Shown piece by piece: positions 56,617-64,000 of a stretch of 64,000 bases of DNA. The first letter of the stretch is position 1, and the number at the start of each line of letters is the position of its first letter. Both the position numbers and the translations under genes were made by a program. The stretch comes from the human T2T-CHM13v2.0 reference genome, Homo sapiens. The stretch lies in the NCBI RefSeq assembly GCF_009914755.1, contig NC_060929.1. One strand, 5' to 3'. The notes beneath the pieces were generated by a model that was not told where the DNA came from, searched no databases, and worked only from the letters and a program-made list of their open reading frames with translations.

Positions 56617-57248
56617 TCACACATTCTCTTTCTTCTGTCAATTTAGCAGCAAGTGTCATAGCGAAGGCACGTACTAGATATTAGCTGATGTGAACTCAGT
56701 GTTCTGGTGTTTTCATTTCATCCAGCTTGAGACTATATCCTCAGGATAAGAGTAGATTTAAAATAAAAAAATTAACCTTGGTAATATTGATCTTTAACTC
56801 ATTACTTGGACTGATTTTCTCTTTAAAAGTTGCTCAGATCCAAGCACACATTTCTTATTTCAAAGGAATAACTGTACCTTGAACAAACAGGTTCATGCTT
56901 TGAAGACTGACAATAAATTGAAAATAGTTGTTGTCCATGGGATTAGGTGCTATGGGTATCAGAGAGCTTTGTTCACTGGTATATTTGTTTATTGGCCAAA
57001 TACTCACCCAATGCATGCCCTGTGTCAGTCTCTGTACTATTTGCCCAACATGCATAATTGAGTAGAGAAGATGGATATACAGTGGATGATTATAACACAA
57101 TGTGGCTGATAATTGCAATGACAGTTAAATGCACAAGATATAATGAAAACACATTAAGAGACATAAAATAAAATGTTTACCAATTCATTTAGAAACTTAC
57201 AATTGGGTTGTGTATAAGACACACATGAATCTCCTAGTTGCCATATTT

Positions 57249-57249
<1 letters not shown>

Positions 57250-57291
<42 letters not shown>
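57250..57291. repeat. (CA)n microsatellite
   Basis: About 20 CA units. Confidence 0.95.
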
Positions 57292-57295
<4 letters not shown>

Positions 57296-57384
57296 CAGTA
57301 TTATGTAGCATTATTAAAGCCTTTTGAGGATGGTGAAAATACACATAAAAAGAAAACTTCCATTATAAAACCATGGAATGGGCA

Positions 57385-57945
57385 TCTGTTATTTTTCCCT
57401 GCCCGGCACTCATTCGCCTTTCTGGTAGTGACAGCACCTTGATTCCCTACCTGCTCTTTCCTCAGCTCTTAGTCCACAAGATGGGGATAGAGCCAACTCT
57501 ACCCTAATTTCTCAAGCTGAGCATGTAATCCAGGCCTGGCCAATCAGATCACTGCATTCTTATAGTCTGAGTGACTTGTTCAGGAATAGATATATGACCC
57601 AAGAAGAGCTAGTGAGACCAATTCCCAGGACTTCTGTGAAGCCACCATTAGAGAAGAATCCCTCTTTTCTCTGTGGCTACCCGACAGAATGGCTGTAAGA
57701 CTTGGGCTGCTGGAAGCCATGACCAGGAGCCTGAGAATAAAGCCAATTCTAAAGGAAAGGGCTGAGACACAGCAGAAGGAAGGCTGATGACATTTGATCC
57801 TTTGAATCCATCCATGCTGGATCTAACTGCCTAGGCTTCTCCAATATGGTCACATTTGCATTCTCTCTCACCACCTCCCACTTCTTCTTCAAAGTATTAG
57901 AGTTGGGTGTTTGCTGCTTGTCACCAAAAAGCCCTAATATATAGT
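57385..57945 (+). mobile_element. Old MLT1 (J/K-like) LTR
   Basis: ccaggcctggccaatcag..gctgctggaagccatg..gagttgggtgtt. Confidence 0.5.
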
Positions 57946-60444
57946 ACAGAAGGAACAAAACTCAAGAAGTAGGTTTGAGGGGTTGTATAGGGGTCATAAG
58001 AAGGCCAGCATTACTGAAGCTAAGGGCCCATGTGGGAAGCAGTGGGAAACATGATGTGATATAGTAGAATGAGCCCACTAGATGGTTAGGAGTCTTGACA
58101 TCCAAAAGCATCCAGAGGTGACAGCATAGTCAATTAAGTAGATAAAAGAGAGCTGTATCATGAGTACCTAGCAAAAATATTAGGAAGCCATAGCAGCACT
58201 GACTGAAATCAACAGCTTGCAGGCAGAAAGAACAACTAGGAGGAAACTCCAGTAATCAAGAGATGAGGGAGGATCCATACCTAGACCATGGTACTGCCAA
58301 TCTGAGAAGTATGAAGAGAAGAATCAATAGGAATTAGGGACTCCTCAAGGACAGGAAGGACAATGATTAATAAAAAGAGACAAAAATTAACTGCTAATCA
58401 AAGACTTGGCTAAATTTGCCCAAACTTAATCTATAGATAGTTGCTTCACAGCATTCTCAGTATGCAACAATAGAATGTAAAATGGTACCCATTACTTAAA
58501 GACTTTAAAGGCCTTTATAACTCCCAATTAAATATTGGAATAAATTAAATTGTTTACCCTTTGACAGAGGGCTTAGAGTATGTAAAATAAAACAAAACTA
58601 CAACAAAAATGAAAAAAAAACCCTTTTACCTTCAAATGGGGCTGAAGGCTATCGTGTGTGACTTGAGTCCGGTTTTATGCTCACTGGGCAGTATTTTTAA
58701 CAATGAAATCTAATAGTAGCATTCATTCTGGAAAACTGGGATATGTCAGGGCTGAATAGATTTTGTATATATTAATTAAAACTGTAGTTTTAACTTTTTT
58801 AAACAAGATATCAAACCCAAATTCAGGAGGCTGCTTATTGTTTCTTTAAATCTGCCAAGGAATCAGGATATCTCCTCATACTTCCTCCCTTGGGCTTGTG
58901 GGTTTGAGGTCCTTCCTGTCTCAACCACATATTCTTTCATCTAACTTTTTGAGTTCCTATTAGAGAAAACTTTTTTTTACTGTTAGTTTTTCTGAGAAAC
59001 TTCAGTACTTTATTTTTTCCTTAGACCATGGGGCACCATCAGAGCAGCAATGAAGGCTGACACATCAGGTGAGAATCTACCTCAAGGAAAGGGCAATAAA
59101 GAGTCTTTGGAGATATAGGTTATTGGAAATTGTGCCTGGTGTTCTAATCTTAGTATAAATTAAAGGTAATTGTACTAATTAGCAGGTTGTTATGTCTACT
59201 ATCTTAAACAATGTTTTACAACTACGGAATTTGATTGAAATAAGTTTTGGGGCTCTCTGAGACCTGACCAAAGGAAGAAAAACAAGTGCCCCCAAAGCTC
59301 TGAGAAGCACAGACAGGTGACAGCCTCATTAGGTCAGCTCAAAGGGATGCATCAGCTCTCCTCAGGCAATCCCTGCCCCTTCAGTGGCCATCAGCCTGAA
59401 GCACTGCCCCTTTCACATAATTCACATGTTTGACACAAGTACATGGAATCCATGTGTAAGGTTTACAGCTTGGCTGAAGTAAAAAAGAAAAACTATTTAT
59501 TCAAAAGGGCATGTTTAAACAAAGGCTCCGTTGGAATTGCTAACATATGTAAATATCTAATGCTAGAATTTCTTTTTTAACTCCAGTCTTTCCCAATCAC
59601 AAAGAAAAGCACACTTTTCAAAATGAAATCTACAAGTAATTATAATGAACCTAGATTATTTGTTTTTCATGGGAAAATTAGGTAGCATACAGAATACCTC
59701 ACAACTGTTCTGGTATAATGTATGCATCACTTTGCTGCCAACAAGATGGGCTTTCACTAACACGAATTGCCCTCAGACCCTGCCTCAAGTCCCTGAGGAC
59801 CATATGTCTGTCATTTCTGGGAGTGGCCTCTGGGTGGCAGTGTTATTTTCAGTTTGCACTTTGCTCATCACGTCAGTTTTCTAAGTTAAAGTTGCAAGAG
59901 ACTCAATCATCTCTTTCAACAGACTGAGTGTTCTCTATTCCTTACTTGCTCTGTGGCTTACAGCCTCAGTTTCCTCCTGTATAGAAGGAGCATTCTATTC
60001 TAGATGAGGAAAGTAGTTGCAAGGATTAGAGATGATAATGATAACAACACGATTATATACTGAAAACCTGTGATATTTTAAGCTCTATGTAGGAACTTTA
60101 CATGTAATATCTCACTAAATCTTTCCAACTTCCCTATAATGTTTGTGTTACCGCTTTATCTTGAGACATAAAAAACTTAAAGCTCAGAACAATCAGGAAC
60201 GTAGCCTAAGTTCCATGGCAACTCAGTGGTGAAATTGGGATCTATCTTTCTAGCATTATAATACAAGTAAAGTGCCTAGCAAATTGTCTCATGCTAATAA
60301 ATACTAGTAATTTTAAAACATTTGTATTATTGCTACAAGTATTAAATTGTATAGCTGATGTCTCAAACACATAAAAATTTAAAAATATTGTTTCTGGGAT
60401 GGCTTAAACCGATATAAAAATCTGTTATGACGTGTTTGTTCAGG

Positions 60445-60745
60445 TGCCTTAATTTTCACCCAAAGAACTTTTGAGCAGAGAATGCATGGCCTAAGAGAAG
60501 CTTTGTGAGTAAAAGTTTATAGTCAATTAAGTGTGGAAAATGCTTATATTTTATTCTTCTTCTGGAGACTTTCAAGAAACAATAGCATATTAAAGGCTCC
60601 GAGATGTCTTGCCATAAAGAAAACTATAATCTAGTTTAACCCAAAGTTTTCACATGTACTTAACAAAGAAATTCCTTCCTCACATAATATTTATAACCAT
60701 CTCTTTAAATCAGTGTTCTGCAGAAAACACTTAGGAGGAATGAAT
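60445..60745. mobile_element. MER102-like hAT-Charlie remnant
   Basis: tagcatattaaaggctcc..taaagaaaac..gtttaaccca. Confidence 0.45.
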
Positions 60746-61186
60746 CTATGGAAATTCCTCTTCCGAGCTGAGCATGTAATGTTTTGACTAGTCTTTTTCT
60801 GCCAACCCAGCTCCCTGCTGTAGATGTGCTGTGAAATGTCGAGGCTGACAATAAACTTCTTCTGGCACTTAACTATTAAACCGAAGTTTTTCTTAGGCTT
60901 TTCTCACAACAGCACAACATTCTTTCTACTTCTCTCCATCCTACAGTCACAGGTAACCATTTCCTGAAACTCCTGTTCACAGTATTTCTTAGCTCCTCTT
61001 ACAGAGCAGACCATAACTTCTGTACCATTCGATGGCTTCCAAACTTTTGTTAACTCTACTTTAAAGCTTATTGTCACTTAATTTGTCATGTGCTTATGCA
61101 TCCACAATCACATTATAAGTTATTTAGTGTCTGGAACTGTGCACTGCACTTCCCTGTGTCCCTAAAGTAGCATGACAGTGCATTGC

Positions 61187-62900
<1,714 letters not shown>

Positions 62901-62957
62901 TAGTATAGAAAAGAGAAGGACTAATTGAACATGTATATCTTTATCTAATTATTGTCC

Positions 62958-63240
62958 TTTTTTTTTTTTTTTTTGGATACAGGGTCTTACTCTATCACCC
63001 CGGCTGGAGTGCAGTGGTGTAATCATAGCTCACTGCAACCTCTAACTCTTGGGCTCAAGTAACTCCTCCATATCAGCCTCCTGAGTAGCTAGGACAACAG
63101 GCATGCACCACTGCACCTGGCTAACTTTTAAATTTTTTGTACGTTGCCCAGGCTAGTTTCAAACTTGTGACCTCAAGTGATCCTCCCGCCTCGGCCTCCT
63201 AAAGTGCTGGGATTACAGGTGTGAGCCATGGTGCCCAGCC
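62958..63240 (-). mobile_element. AluJ
   Basis: TSD ctaatta(t/g)tgtc. Confidence 0.9.
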
Positions 63241-63334
63241 TAATTAGTGTCAATTTTTGGATGTATTTGATTTACGTTAGGCTGAATAGGGAGTTGTTTT
63301 CCCAATCCCCAGGACTTAAAACCGGGTGGTAATA

Positions 63335-63570
63335 ATAATAAGAATATTAGTTTAACACGTATTTAGTGATTATGTGTGGGGCATTGCTTTATGGACTTTA
63401 CATATATATTAGCTCCTTTATTCCCCCAAATAACAACTGCCCCCATTCTACATTTGAGGAAAATGAGACACAGAGAGGTTAAATAATTTGTCTAGTGTCA
63501 TGTAGACAGTAAGCATCAGAAACAGGATTCTCACTCAAATAGTCTGACTCTGAACTCTTAACTACCAGGA
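63335..63570 (-). mobile_element. MIR
   Basis: ccccatt..tgaggaaaatgagacacagagaggttaaataatttg. Confidence 0.7.
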
Positions 63571-64000
63571 GAAAGTGGTAGGAGGTTTCACAGCCGCTGG
63601 CACTTCCTCAGTTCAGGACATGTTTTATGAATCACCTCCTGTCAGTTACCACCTCTTTTCCCAAGGGTATAAGGTTATATAAAAGGATGAAAGGGTATTG
63701 TTTTTCAATCCTTTCTCTGGTCAGGACAGTCTTCCAAGCTGGTCAAACCAATTAGATGTGTGCAGCAATTCTTTCAAACCAGTTCCTTTTAGGATTTTTA
63801 TAAATATCTACTACACATAAACAATTTTTTTCACAAAAAATTTCCTTCTGTGTACATATTTTGATACACATTTACACATTATTTTAATGCTATATAGTAT
63901 GCAATTATTGGTTGGGGTGTTCCACAATGTACTTAACACTTCAACTATGTATGTGTGTACACTTATGTGTTTATAGAAGAAATCCATGTTCTTGGCAGAA

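Noticed and set aside
58620-58720. Possible minus-strand exon ending GAAG|gtaaaa
   Set aside because: Weak donor and no clear paired acceptor.

Overview
This is primate, most likely human, genomic DNA. It is CpG-depleted and dense in Alu, L1, L2, MIR, LTR and DNA-transposon remnants. It reads as the intronic interior of a large minus-strand protein-coding gene. Only one convincing coding exon is visible (21155-21366, 212 nt, encoding ..ALSAARESWEYDSG..GGSYLELANT), and I cannot name the gene with confidence. Nearly all other listed ORFs are repeat- or low-complexity-derived. There is no prokaryotic-type system (no CRISPR array, operon, rRNA or tRNA). The most notable structures are: a full-length ancient L1MA-type LINE with its target-site duplication (TSD) still visible and an inverted 5'UTR patch inside ORF1; a ~255-bp non-tandem local duplication inserted in a TA microsatellite; a complete MSTB MaLR provirus in sense to the host; a MADE1/miR-548-like hairpin that folds better on the host strand; a juxtaposed acceptor/donor (recursive-splice-like) site; and candidate alternative exons and enhancer motif clusters. 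Repeat subfamily calls are from recalled consensus sequences, not from a search, and boundaries of old repeats are approximate.
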